A DNA stretch of 35,762 nt. Source: Bacillota bacterium. GTDB taxonomy: Bacteria > Bacillota > Dehalobacteriia > UBA4068. The position numbers and the translations under genes were made by a program. This document shows, piece by piece, positions 9,324 to 18,110 of this stretch. Position 1 is the first letter of the stretch. Each line of letters opens with the position of its first letter. The stretch lies in NCBI GenBank assembly GCA_017531315.1, contig JAFXLH010000162.1, positions 1-35,762 on the forward strand, given 5' to 3'. The notes below the pieces were generated by a model. The model saw only the letters and a program-made list of their open reading frames with translations, had not been told where the DNA came from and did no database searches.

Positions 9324-10109
9324 ATGTTCACTGCCAACAAAAAAAAGAGCATCCTCTATCGCTTATTGATGATGGTGCTTTCCGTAAGTTCCGTTATTCT
9401 GCTGCTGGCTGCCTACCGTGCGGTGGCGCTGGCCAATCCGCTGCTGCTGCCGTCTTTTGATCAGATCGGCGAGCGCTTTGTCAAACTGTTCACCACGCCC
9501 ATCAAGGGCGTACCGCTGACGGCGCATGTCATCGCATCGCTGCGCCGCGTACTCATCGCCATGGGCTTTGCCTGGGTGCTGGGTATCCTGTTCGGCTTCT
9601 CCATCGGCTGGAGCCGTACCCTCAATGCCATTTTCGGCACTATTTTCGAACTGTTCCGCCCCATTCCGCCCATCGCCTGGATCCCCATCGTCATCATGTG
9701 GTTCGGCGTCGGCGAATTCCCCAAAGAATTGATCGTATTCATCGGCAGCGTTATCCCGGTAGTAGTCAATACCCGCTCCGGCGTAATGTATGTCGAGAAA
9801 CAATATACGGATGTAGCTCGCGCTTTCGGCGCCAGCCGCTTCCAGATGCTCAAAGAAGTTGTCCTCCCCAGCGCCATCCCCTCTATCTTTGCCGGTCTGC
9901 GTACCTCCGTATCCACCGGCTGGACGGTAGTACTGGCTGCCGAAATGCTGGCTGCGGACCGCGGCGTCGGTGCGCTGGTAATGCGCGGCTGGATGGGCAA
10001 TGATATGGCGCTGGTACTCATCTCCATCAGCGTTATCGCCATCATCGGCGCTATTCTCTCGTTCACCCTGATCAAGCTGGAAAAGGTGGTGTGCCCGTGG
10101 ATGCATTAA
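9324..10109 (+). CDS. ABC transporter permease 2 (TauC/SsuC-like paralogue)
   Basis: 261-aa membrane protein with RPIPPIAWIPIVIMWFGVG. It is clearly diverged from permease 1. Confidence 0.85.
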   Translation: MFTANKKKSILYRLLMMVLSVSSVILLLAAYRAVALANPLLLPSFDQIGERFVKLFTTPIKGVPLTAHVIASLRRVLIAMGFAWVLGILFGFSIGWSRTLNAIFGTIFELFRPIPPIAWIPIVIMWFGVGEFPKELIVFIGSVIPVVVNTRSGVMYVEKQYTDVARAFGASRFQMLKEVVLPSAIPSIFAGLRTSVSTGWTVVLAAEMLAADRGVGALVMRGWMGNDMALVLISISVIAIIGAILSFTLIKLEKVVCPWMH

Positions 10110-10861
10110 AGAAGTGTCTGGAAGTTGAACACATCAGCAAAACCTTCTATAACAACAAGGGCTACTTTACCGCCATCGACGATGTCAGCTTTGATGTACA
10201 TGAAGGCGAATTTCTGGTACTGCTGGGCCCCGGCCACTGCGGCAAGACCGTACTGCTGAACATTCTGGCCGGCCTGGAAGAAAAGAGCGGCGGCCGCGTG
10301 CTCTACAAGGGTCAGGAGATCAACGGCGTCAACGAAGAAATGTCGATGGTCTTCCAGCTGCTGTCGCTGATGCCCTTCAAGACGGTTATGGAAAACGTGG
10401 AGCTGCCGTTGAAGTTCCGCGGCATGGATAAAAAGCAGCGCCGCGAGGTCGCCCAGCATTATATCGATCTGGTCGGCCTTACCGGTTTTGAGAATGCCTA
10501 TCCGCATCAGCTTTCCGGCGGTATGAAGCAGCGCGTCGGCATCGCCCGCGCCTATTCCGTGCATCCGGAGATCCTGATCATGGACGAGCCGTTCGGCCAG
10601 CTGGACGCGCAGACCCGCTACCTGATGCAGCAGGAGATCCTGCGTATCTGGCAGGAAGAAAAGCGCACCGTCATCTTCGTTACCAATAACATCGAAGAAG
10701 CTTGCTATCTGGGCGACCGCATCATCCTGCTCAGCAGCTGCCCCGCTACGGTAAAAGAGATTTTCGATATGAGCGCGCTGGCCAAGCCGCGCGATATCGT
10801 CAGCCGCGAATTCCTCGAGATCCGCAGCAAGATCTCCGATCAGACCGACCTTTCTATGTAA
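10091..10861 (+). CDS. ABC transporter ATP-binding protein 1 (H-loop His replaced by Asn)
   Basis: Walker A GPGHCGKT, Q-loop VFQ, signature LSGGM and Walker B ILIMDE are intact. The switch region reads FVTNNIEEA instead of TH(D/N). GTG start overlaps permease 2 by 19 nt. Confidence 0.9.
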   Translation: MPVDALKKCLEVEHISKTFYNNKGYFTAIDDVSFDVHEGEFLVLLGPGHCGKTVLLNILAGLEEKSGGRVLYKGQEINGVNEEMSMVFQLLSLMPFKTVMENVELPLKFRGMDKKQRREVAQHYIDLVGLTGFENAYPHQLSGGMKQRVGIARAYSVHPEILIMDEPFGQLDAQTRYLMQQEILRIWQEEKRTVIFVTNNIEEACYLGDRIILLSSCPATVKEIFDMSALAKPRDIVSREFLEIRSKISDQTDLSM

Positions 10862-10903
10862 GTCAATAAGCAAACCCGTAAGTAAGCCCGTAAGGAGCAA
10901 ATT

Positions 10904-11674
10904 ATGGAAAACATCGCAGAAAAGAACATCGATACCAGACCGATCAAGGTCGAAGTGAAGAATCTGACCAAGAGCTTTGGCGATCTGCTGGTACTGGATA
11001 ATCTCAACTTCAATATTCGCCAGAACGAATTTGTGTGCGTTGTCGGCCCTACCGGCTGCGGTAAAACCACCTTTTTGAACTGTCTGACACGCATTCTGGA
11101 GCCGACCAGCGGCGACCTGCTGATCAACGGCGAATCTGCCGACCCCAAGAAGCACAACCTGTCCTTCGTCTTCCAGGAACCGTCCATTTTCCCCTGGGCC
11201 ACGGTAGAAAAGAACATCGCCTGCGGTCTGGAAGTAAAGCGCGTGCCGAAAGATGAGATCGAGCGCCGCGTCGACCGCATCCTCGACCTGATGGGTCTGC
11301 GTGATGTACGCAAAGCCTACCCCAAGGATCTCTCCGTCAGCACCGCCCAGCGTGTCATCATCGGCCGCTCCTTTGCCATGCAGCCCGACCTGCTGCTGAT
11401 GGATGAGCCCTACGGCCAGATGGACATCAAGATGCGCTACTATCTGGAAGATGAAGTTATCCGCCTGTGGAAAGAGCTGGGCAGCACGGTAGTCTTCATC
11501 ACCCACAATATCGAAGAAGCGGTGTATCTGGCCGAACGCGTGCTGATCCTTTCCAACAAGCCGGCCGGCATCAAAGAAGAGGTCATTATCGACCTGCCGC
11601 ATCCGCGCGATATCACCGATCCCAAATTTATCGAATACCGCAACTACATCACCGACCAGATCAAGTGGTGGTAA
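10904..11674 (+). CDS. ABC transporter ATP-binding protein 2 (degenerate signature motif)
   Basis: Walker A GPTGCGKT, Q-loop VFQE, Walker B LLLMDE and H-loop FITHNIEEA are intact. The signature position reads LSVST instead of LSGGQ. AAGGAG lies upstream. Confidence 0.9.
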   Translation: MENIAEKNIDTRPIKVEVKNLTKSFGDLLVLDNLNFNIRQNEFVCVVGPTGCGKTTFLNCLTRILEPTSGDLLINGESADPKKHNLSFVFQEPSIFPWATVEKNIACGLEVKRVPKDEIERRVDRILDLMGLRDVRKAYPKDLSVSTAQRVIIGRSFAMQPDLLLMDEPYGQMDIKMRYYLEDEVIRLWKELGSTVVFITHNIEEAVYLAERVLILSNKPAGIKEEVIIDLPHPRDITDPKFIEYRNYITDQIKWW

Positions 11675-11696
11675 TTCCGAATCTGCCATTTTCGCT

Positions 11697-11738
11697 GCGC
11701 CCTGTGCCATTTCTCCTCCGGCATGGGGCGCTTTTTTC
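11697..11738 (+). terminator. rho-independent terminator ending the ABC operon
   Basis: gcgccctgtgcc/ggcatggggcgc forms 10 of 12 pairs with an 11-nt loop, followed by TTTTTT. Confidence 0.6.
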
Positions 11739-11914
11739 TGCTGTAGGGCAGGGGAGATGTCAATTTGGCCGGTCAGATAAAAATTTTGCCCGAAAATGGC
11801 AAATTTTTGCAAAAAAATTTGATTATGGATTACACTCTAGCAGGAGAAATTATAATTTGAAGCGAATATGGAAGAGTTTATGAATAACCGTACTAGATTT
11901 TTGGAGGTAAGAAA

Positions 11915-14077
11915 ATGACTGTATTAAGAAAAAGCATGCAAGTCGGCGGCCGTACGCTGACTCTGGAAACCGGTCGTCTGGCCAAACAGGCCGGCGGTGC
12001 TGTTTTCACCAGCTATGGCGATACTCAGGTACTCGCCACCGCTACCATGAGCGACAATCCCCGCGCCGGCGTGGATTTCTTCCCGCTCTCCGTTGAATAC
12101 GAAGAAAAGATGTACGCCGTAGGCAAGATCCCCGGCAGCTTCGTCAAGCGCGAAGGCCGTCCCAGCGAAAAGGCCATCCTCTCTTCCCGTATCATCGACC
12201 GTCCGCTGCGCCCCCTGTTCCCCAAAGCTATGCGTAACGATGTTCAGGTAGTTGCCACCGTTATGAGCGTAGAACAGGACAATGCTCCCGATATCACCGC
12301 CATGATCGGCGCTTCCGCTGCCGTTCATATTTCCAAGATCCCCTTCAATGGCCCCATCGCCGGTGTTATCATCGGTCTCATCGATGGCGAATACATCGTC
12401 AACCCCACTGTTGCCCAGGCCGAAGTCAGCCTGATGCATCTGGCCGTTGCCGGTACCAAAGACGCCGTTATGATGGTTGAAGCCGGCGCCAAGGAAGTTC
12501 CGGAAGACGTCATCTTAGAGGGCATCATGTTTGCCCACGAAGAAATCAAAAAGATCGTTGCCTTCATCGAAGAATTCCGCGCCGAAGCTCTGGAAATGGG
12601 CCTGGCTAAGGAAAAATATGTCTTCGTCAAAGAACCGGTCGATCCCGAACTGGAAGCCGCCGTTCGCAATATCACCGAAGGCAAAATGCGCGATCTGATG
12701 TATAAGTGCTGCACCGAACGCATCGGCAAAGAAGAACGCGAAGATATGATCTCCGCCCTCAATACCGAAGTTCAGGAAGCTCTTGCCGAACAGTTCCCGG
12801 AACAGCAGAACGTTATCGGTGATGTTATCTACACCATCGAAAAAGAAACCATGCGCCGCCTCATCGCCAAAGATAAGGTCCGCATCGACGGCCGCAAGAC
12901 CGACGAAGTTCGCCCCGTTACCTGCGAAGTCGGCGTACTGGCCCGTACCCACGGTTCCGCTCTCTTCACCCGCGGTCAGACTCAGATCCTCAACGCTCTC
13001 ACCCTCGGCATGGTCAGCGAAATGCAGATGCTGGACGGCCTTGGCGTAGAAGATTCCAAGCGTTATATCCACCACTACAATATGCCTCCGTACAGCGTTG
13101 GCGAAACCAAGCCGATGCGTGGCCCCGGCCGTCGTGAGATCGGCCACGGCGCTCTGGCTGAACGCGCCCTGCTGGCGGTAATTCCTTCCGAAGAAGAATT
13201 CCCCTATGCCCTGCGTCTGGTATCCGAAGCTGTTGAATCCAACGGCTCCACCTCCATGGGCTCTGTCTGCGCTTCCTCTCTGGCTCTGATGGACGCCGGT
13301 GTACCGATCAAAGCTCCCGTTGCCGGCTGCGCCATGGGTCTGATCAAGGACGGCGATGATATCACCATCCTCACCGACATTCAGGGTATGGAAGACTTCC
13401 TGGGCGATATGGACTTCAAGGTAGCCGGTACCAAAGACGGCGTGACCGCTATCCAGATGGATATCAAGATCGCCGGTATCGACCGCGAGATCCTCACCCG
13501 CGCTCTGGCTCAGGCCCGCGAAGGCCGCATGTTCATCATGGGCAAAATGCTGGAAGCCATCGACAAGCCGCGTGAAGAAATGTCCCAGTACGCTCCTCGC
13601 ATCATCACCATCAAGATCCATCCGGATAAGATCCGCGAAGTCATCGGTTCCGGCGGTAAAGTCATCAAGAAGATCGTTGAAGAGACCGGCGCTCAGATCG
13701 ATGTCGAAGAAGACGGCCGTATCTTCATCGCCAGCGTTGATGCCGCCAAGGGCGAAATGGCCCGCGATATCATCAACGGCATCGTTGCCGAACCGGAAGT
13801 CGGCAAGCTCTACAAGGGCAAAGTCGTCAAGATCATGGACTTCGGCGCTTTTGTTGAGATCCTGCCCGGCGTAATGGGCAACAGCGGCCGCGACGGTATG
13901 GTACACATCTCCGAACTGGCCAACAAGCGCGTCGAAAAAGTGGAAGACGTTTGCCGCGAAGGCGATGAAATGTGGGTCAAGTGCATCGCCGTAGACCAGG
14001 CCACCGGTAAAGTAAAGCTTTCCCGCAAGAAAGCCATGCAGGAACTGGGCCTTGATATGGGTACCTCTGAAGAATAA
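11915..14077 (+). CDS. pnp: polyribonucleotide nucleotidyltransferase (PNPase)
   Basis: 720 aa with two RNase PH domains plus KH and S1 domains. The conserved N-terminus is [25 protein letters not shown] lies upstream. Confidence 0.97.
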   Translation: MTVLRKSMQVGGRTLTLETGRLAKQAGGAVFTSYGDTQVLATATMSDNPRAGVDFFPLSVEYEEKMYAVGKIPGSFVKREGRPSEKAILSSRIIDRPLRPLFPKAMRNDVQVVATVMSVEQDNAPDITAMIGASAAVHISKIPFNGPIAGVIIGLIDGEYIVNPTVAQAEVSLMHLAVAGTKDAVMMVEAGAKEVPEDVILEGIMFAHEEIKKIVAFIEEFRAEALEMGLAKEKYVFVKEPVDPELEAAVRNITEGKMRDLMYKCCTERIGKEEREDMISALNTEVQEALAEQFPEQQNVIGDVIYTIEKETMRRLIAKDKVRIDGRKTDEVRPVTCEVGVLARTHGSALFTRGQTQILNALTLGMVSEMQMLDGLGVEDSKRYIHHYNMPPYSVGETKPMRGPGRREIGHGALAERALLAVIPSEEEFPYALRLVSEAVESNGSTSMGSVCASSLALMDAGVPIKAPVAGCAMGLIKDGDDITILTDIQGMEDFLGDMDFKVAGTKDGVTAIQMDIKIAGIDREILTRALAQAREGRMFIMGKMLEAIDKPREEMSQYAPRIITIKIHPDKIREVIGSGGKVIKKIVEETGAQIDVEEDGRIFIASVDAAKGEMARDIINGIVAEPEVGKLYKGKVVKIMDFGAFVEILPGVMGNSGRDGMVHISELANKRVEKVEDVCREGDEMWVKCIAVDQATGKVKLSRKKAMQELGLDMGTSEE

Positions 14078-14090
14078 GAAATTGCTTAAT

Positions 14091-14125
14091 GGCGGTGCAT
14101 TAAACATGCACCGCCAAATTTATTT
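14091..14125 (+). terminator. terminator-like hairpin after pnp
   Basis: Perfect 10-bp stem ggcggtgcat/atgcaccgcc with a 5-nt loop. The downstream tract aaatttattt is only a weak U-run. Confidence 0.55.
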
Positions 14126-14184
14126 GACCTTTGTTGTGAAGTTTAGATGCAAAAAAGACCAGAATCAAACTTTCCCATACGCAG

Positions 14185-15486
14185 GTGATCGGCGGCGGCT
14201 ACCTCGCGCTCATTGTTGTCGGCGCGCTGCTGCTGATGCTGCCTTTTGCCAGCCGCAGCGGGGCGGCAGGGCCGGTGCTGGCGCTGTTCACCTCTGCCTC
14301 TGCCGTCTGCCTTACCGGCATCACGCTGGTAGATACGTGGACGCAGTGGAGCCCCCTCGGTCAGCTGGTGATTCTGCTGCTGATCCAGATCGGCGGCCTC
14401 GGCTTTATGACCATCGCCACGCAGATACTGATGCTGATGCGCCGCAAGATTGGCCTGCGCGAGCGCGCCGTACTTACGGAATCCCTCAGCCTCAATCAGC
14501 TGGGCGGCATCCTCAATATGACGCACATGATCGTGAGCGTGACTCTGGTTGCAGAAGCAGTCGGCGCGCTGCTGCTGAGCATCTACTTCGTGCCCCGGGT
14601 CGGTTGGGCGCGCGGGCTGTGGTTCGGCCTGTTCCACTCCGTTTCTGCCTTCTGCAATGCCGGCTTCGACCTGACCGGCTACTTCGCTCCGGATAGCTCG
14701 CTGCTGCTGCTGGCTGCAGATCCGCTGCCTGTCATCACTATCATGCTGCTGACGCTGGTCGGCGGCTTCGGCTTCATCATCTGGGATGATGTGCTGCGTT
14801 ACCGCGGTGATTTCAAGAAGTATCACCTGCACAGCAAGCTGGCGCTGACTATGTCCTCTGTGCTGCTGGCGGTCGGCTTCTTCGCCTACTTCGTCTTCGA
14901 AGCGTCGGCGTCCGCTGCCGGCATGCCGCTGCCGCAGCGCCTGCTCACGGCGGCCTTCACCACGGCATCGGTGCGTACCACCGGTTTTCAGGTGCTGCCG
15001 CTTTCCGAGATGTCTTCTTCCGGCCGCCTGATCACCATTATCCTGATGTTCATCGGCGGCAGCCCCGGTTCTATGGCCGGCGGTATCAAAACCACCACCT
15101 TGGCAGTGCTGCTGGTCGGCAGCTGGTCTATGCTGCGCGGCCGCCGTTCCGCTCAGCTGTTCGGCCGCCGTCTGGAAGCGGATGCATTGCCCCGCAGCTG
15201 CGCTATGCTGATGTTCAATATGATGATCGGCCTCGGCGCGGCGATGCTGCTGTGCATCCTGCCCCATGTGGATGTGGAAATGGCGCTGTTTGAATCCTTT
15301 TCCGCCCTGACCACTACCGGCCTTACCTTCGGCGTCTGCACTACGCTGCCCTGGTGGGGGCAGCTGCTGATGGCGTCGCTGTTCTATTGTGGTCGTGTGG
15401 GCAATATAGTGTTCGCCGCCGCTTTGGTAGATACCAAAACTCCCCCGTTAGTCAATAATCCGGTCGAAAAGATCAGTTTCGGTTAA
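14185..15486 (+). CDS. ktrB: Ktr/Trk-type potassium uptake membrane subunit (KtrB/TrkH family)
   Basis: 433-aa polytopic protein followed by ktrA. The frame is open from 14140 and already encodes the conserved N-terminal KLSHTQVIGGGYL before the first canonical start (GTG 14185). The true start is uncertain (see findings). Confidence 0.85.
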   Translation: MIGGGYLALIVVGALLLMLPFASRSGAAGPVLALFTSASAVCLTGITLVDTWTQWSPLGQLVILLLIQIGGLGFMTIATQILMLMRRKIGLRERAVLTESLSLNQLGGILNMTHMIVSVTLVAEAVGALLLSIYFVPRVGWARGLWFGLFHSVSAFCNAGFDLTGYFAPDSSLLLLAADPLPVITIMLLTLVGGFGFIIWDDVLRYRGDFKKYHLHSKLALTMSSVLLAVGFFAYFVFEASASAAGMPLPQRLLTAAFTTASVRTTGFQVLPLSEMSSSGRLITIILMFIGGSPGSMAGGIKTTTLAVLLVGSWSMLRGRRSAQLFGRRLEADALPRSCAMLMFNMMIGLGAAMLLCILPHVDVEMALFESFSALTTTGLTFGVCTTLPWWGQLLMASLFYCGRVGNIVFAAALVDTKTPPLVNNPVEKISFG

Positions 15487-15497
15487 GGAGGCTGCTT

Positions 15498-16142
15498 ATG
15501 AAATCCTTTTTGATTATCGGCGCCGGCGGCTTTGGCCATTTTATGTGCCAGAAGCTGGCCAAACTGAATAACGCCATCATGGTGGTGGATGTGGAAGAAA
15601 GCAAGCTTTCCGACCTGCTGCCGCTGGTAGACCGCGCCCGTATCGGCGACTGCACCAAGCGTGAAGTGCTGGGAACCTTCGGCGTAGAGAGCTTCGATGT
15701 CTGCATGGTCTGCATCAAGGATAATTTCCAAAGCAGCCTGCAGGTCACCGATCTGCTGAAAGAGCTGGGCGCCAAGCGCATCGTCAGCCTGGCCAGCACG
15801 GAAGTACAGGCTAAATTCCTGCTCAAAAACGGCGCGGATGAAGTCGTCTTCCCGGAAATGGATATGGCCGAGAGCCTCTCTTTCTCGCTGAGCCACGACA
15901 GCGTCTTCGATTTCATCGTGCTGGATGCCGACCATTCTATCCTCGAAGTATCCGCTCCCGCCGATTGGCAGGGCAAGAGCATCATCGAGCTGAATGTACG
16001 CAGCCAGTTCGGCATCAGCGTACTGGCCGGCAAACGCAGCGACGGCAGCGTCTTCATGCCCGGCGCGGACTATGTCTTCAATGCCGATGAGCACCTGATG
16101 ATCATGGGCCGCAACGAAGACGTGAACAAGCTGATCCGCTAA
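15498..16142 (+). CDS. ktrA: Ktr/Trk potassium uptake peripheral subunit (RCK: TrkA-N plus TrkA-C)
   Basis: Rossmann motif IIGAGGFG at the N-terminus of a 214-aa protein. AAGGAGG lies upstream. Confidence 0.85.
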   Translation: MKSFLIIGAGGFGHFMCQKLAKLNNAIMVVDVEESKLSDLLPLVDRARIGDCTKREVLGTFGVESFDVCMVCIKDNFQSSLQVTDLLKELGAKRIVSLASTEVQAKFLLKNGADEVVFPEMDMAESLSFSLSHDSVFDFIVLDADHSILEVSAPADWQGKSIIELNVRSQFGISVLAGKRSDGSVFMPGADYVFNADEHLMIMGRNEDVNKLIR

Positions 16143-16225
16143 GCCCGCACAGCTAAAAATACCGTATCTAAACGGCAAAAAAGCTGCGTTCGACGATCTT
16201 GTAGCCGCGAAATAAAATTGCCTTA

Positions 16226-16254
16226 CAACCCCGATTTTTCGGGGTTGTTTTATT
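16226..16254 (+). terminator. rho-independent terminator after ktrA
   Basis: 9-bp stem caaccccga/tcggggttg with a TTTT loop, followed by ttttatt. Confidence 0.8.
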
Positions 16255-16317
16255 ATGCCTGCCGCCAGGTATGTTTGGGTGGCTTGTATCATATTCTGTG
16301 CAGCAGGAGGTGGTAAT

Positions 16318-17022
16318 GTGCGTATTTTTTATCTGCAGAAGCGGGAACTGCGCTCGCTGCTGCTGGCTTTGCTGCTGCCGGTATTATGCTTCAGCTATTC
16401 TTTGGGCACGCAGCGGGCGGCAGCGGTGCTGGCAGAGCCGTATTATCAGGGCAGCGGTGCGGTGAACTGCCTGTCGCTTACCGTCAATGTCGATTGGGGC
16501 GAAGAATATATACCGGATATGCTGCAGCTGTTTCGGGAAAAGCAGGTGCGGGTGACCTTCTTCGTCACCGGCCGCTGGGCCAAAGAGCATCCGGAGCTGC
16601 TGGCGGAAATGGCCGCCGCCGGACACGAGATAGGTAATCACGCCTATTCCCACACCAGCCCCAATTCGCTGGATGTGGCGGGCAACAAAGATGAGATACT
16701 GCGTACCGAAGAGGCGATACGCGAGGCCTGCGGCTGCACCACGCTGCTCTATGCGCCGCCCTCCGGCGAGCGGGAGCCGCAGGTGCTGCAGGCGGCGGAA
16801 GAGCTGGGCTACCTCACCGTGCTGTGGAGCATCGACACCATCGACTGGCAGAAGCCGCAGCCCGAGGTGATAGTGCAGCGGGTGATGAACAAGCTGCATC
16901 CCGGCGCCATCATCCTCTCGCATCCCACCGAGCAGACGCTGGCGGCGCTGCCGCAGCTTATCGATAATATTCAGGCGGAGGGCTACCAATTTGTTACCGT
17001 GGCGGAAAACCTTTCTTTGTAG
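16318..17022 (+). CDS. polysaccharide deacetylase (NodB homology domain), YlxY-like sporulation protein
   Basis: NodB-type motifs NHAYSHTSP and IDTIDW are present. GTG 16318 follows AGGAGG at 16304..16309. Track start 16255 sits in the ktrA terminator U-run and was trimmed. The position after pnp matches ylxY synteny. Confidence 0.75.
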   Translation: MRIFYLQKRELRSLLLALLLPVLCFSYSLGTQRAAAVLAEPYYQGSGAVNCLSLTVNVDWGEEYIPDMLQLFREKQVRVTFFVTGRWAKEHPELLAEMAAAGHEIGNHAYSHTSPNSLDVAGNKDEILRTEEAIREACGCTTLLYAPPSGEREPQVLQAAEELGYLTVLWSIDTIDWQKPQPEVIVQRVMNKLHPGAIILSHPTEQTLAALPQLIDNIQAEGYQFVTVAENLSL

Positions 17023-18028
17023 CATAGCGCTGTGGCTGCTGCTGGCCGCCCCGGCCGCCGCTCAGCCTCAGGTAACAGCCGATGCGGCGGTACTGATGGA
17101 TGCGGTGAGCGGGCAGGTGCTGTGGAGCAAAAACGGCGAAGCGCCGCTGCCGCCCGCCTCTACCTGCAAGGTGCTGACAGCGATACTGGCTCTGGATATG
17201 GCGGAAATGACGGAAGAAACCGTTATCAGCGCCAAAGCCGCGGCGGTCGGTGAATCGAGCATCTATCTCAGGGCAGGGGAGAGCCTGACCCTGCAGGACC
17301 TGCTCTACGGCGCACTGCTGCGTAGCGGCAATGATGCCTGCTATGCCATCGGTGAGCAGATAGCGGGCACAGAGCCGCTGTTCGTGCATTGGCTGAATAT
17401 CAAGGCACAGACGCTGGGCGCTTTTACTGCCAATTATCAAAATACCAACGGCCTGCCGGCAGAAGACCATGTGATCAGCGCTGCCGATCTTGCCGCCGTC
17501 ACCCGCTATGCGCTGGCCGATGCGGAGTTCGCGCAGATCGTCGGCACGCGTTATGCCGATATCGGCAGCGGCGGCAGCGCCCGCTCGCTCACCAATACCA
17601 ACAAGCTGCTGTGGCGCGACGACGCCATCATCGGCGTCAAGACCGGCACTACCAATGCCGCCGGCAACTGCCTGGTGGCTGCGCGGGAGGATGCGGATTC
17701 GCGCCTCATCTCCGTAGTCTTCCACAGCGCCGACCGCTACGGAGACAGTATGGCGCTGCTGAACTGGGGCGCGGAAAACTATCGCAGCCTGCAGCTGTTC
17801 GCGGCGGGCGATACGGTGGCTGCTGTACCGCATCAGGGCAGTATGCTGCGCCTGCAGGCCGCCTCGGCTGCCGCCGTCTGCTGTGCGCGGGACGAACAGC
17901 CACGCCTCCGCTGGTCGATCTGCCTGCCTGCCGACCCGCAGCCGGGAGATGCCGCCGGGGTGGCGGAGGTGCTGGCGCAGGACGGTACGCCGCTCATCAG
18001 CGTGCCGCTGTTGGTGGCCGGGCCGTAA
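16991..18028 (+). CDS. serine-type D-alanyl-D-alanine carboxypeptidase (peptidase S11, DacB/DacF-like)
   Basis: SxxK (STCK), SxN (SGN) and KTG motifs plus a signal peptide ending AAPAAAQ. The TTG start is uncertain and overlaps the upstream gene. Confidence 0.8.
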   Translation: MLPWRKTFLCSIALWLLLAAPAAAQPQVTADAAVLMDAVSGQVLWSKNGEAPLPPASTCKVLTAILALDMAEMTEETVISAKAAAVGESSIYLRAGESLTLQDLLYGALLRSGNDACYAIGEQIAGTEPLFVHWLNIKAQTLGAFTANYQNTNGLPAEDHVISAADLAAVTRYALADAEFAQIVGTRYADIGSGGSARSLTNTNKLLWRDDAIIGVKTGTTNAAGNCLVAAREDADSRLISVVFHSADRYGDSMALLNWGAENYRSLQLFAAGDTVAAVPHQGSMLRLQAASAAAVCCARDEQPRLRWSICLPADPQPGDAAGVAEVLAQDGTPLISVPLLVAGP

Positions 18029-18051
18029 TTCGGCGCGGATAAAGGATTTAT

Positions 18052-18091
18052 TTGTCGCACGGCGAATCTTAGCTAAATATTTGTGCGACAA
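18052..18091 (+). promoter_or_regulatory. 9-bp perfect inverted repeat between the carboxypeptidase and M16 peptidase genes
   Basis: ttgtcgcac (18052..18060) and gtgcgacaa (18083..18091) are separated by 22 nt and followed by ctatttt. This could be a weak terminator, an RNA hairpin or an operator. Confidence 0.3.
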
Positions 18092-18110
18092 CTATTTTCC
18101 GGAGGACTAT

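Noticed and set aside
10862-10903. Short direct repeat cccgtaag(t/g)aag between the two ATPase genes.
   Set aside because: It is only 8-9 nt long, overlaps the SD of the second ATPase, and has no further copies. It is most simply chance or a ribosome-binding context.
14078-14184. Possible c-di-AMP (ydaO/kimA-type) riboswitch upstream of ktrB, as occurs for ktrAB in B. subtilis.
   Set aside because: Only about 60 nt remain between the pnp terminator and the ktrB reading frame. That is far too short for this riboswitch class, and none of its conserved motifs were seen.
2185-15267. Other long antisense or out-of-frame ORFs: 2185..3606(-), 3417..5441(-), 5965..7203(-), 10106..11812(-), 12515..14107(-), 14143..15267(-) and 14052..14696(+).
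   Set aside because: Each overlaps a confidently identified plus-strand gene (nrnA, truB-ribF, acyltransferase, ABC ATPases, pnp, ktrB). All have biased Arg/Ala/Gly/His composition with no motifs and no ribosome-binding sites.
16269-16297. Sigma-E-like promoter upstream of the deacetylase gene (GTATGTT-N14-CATATTCT).
   Set aside because: The match to the kmATATT / CATACAnT pattern is only partial in both boxes, and I am recalling the consensus from memory. It is too degenerate to report as a feature without 5'-end data.
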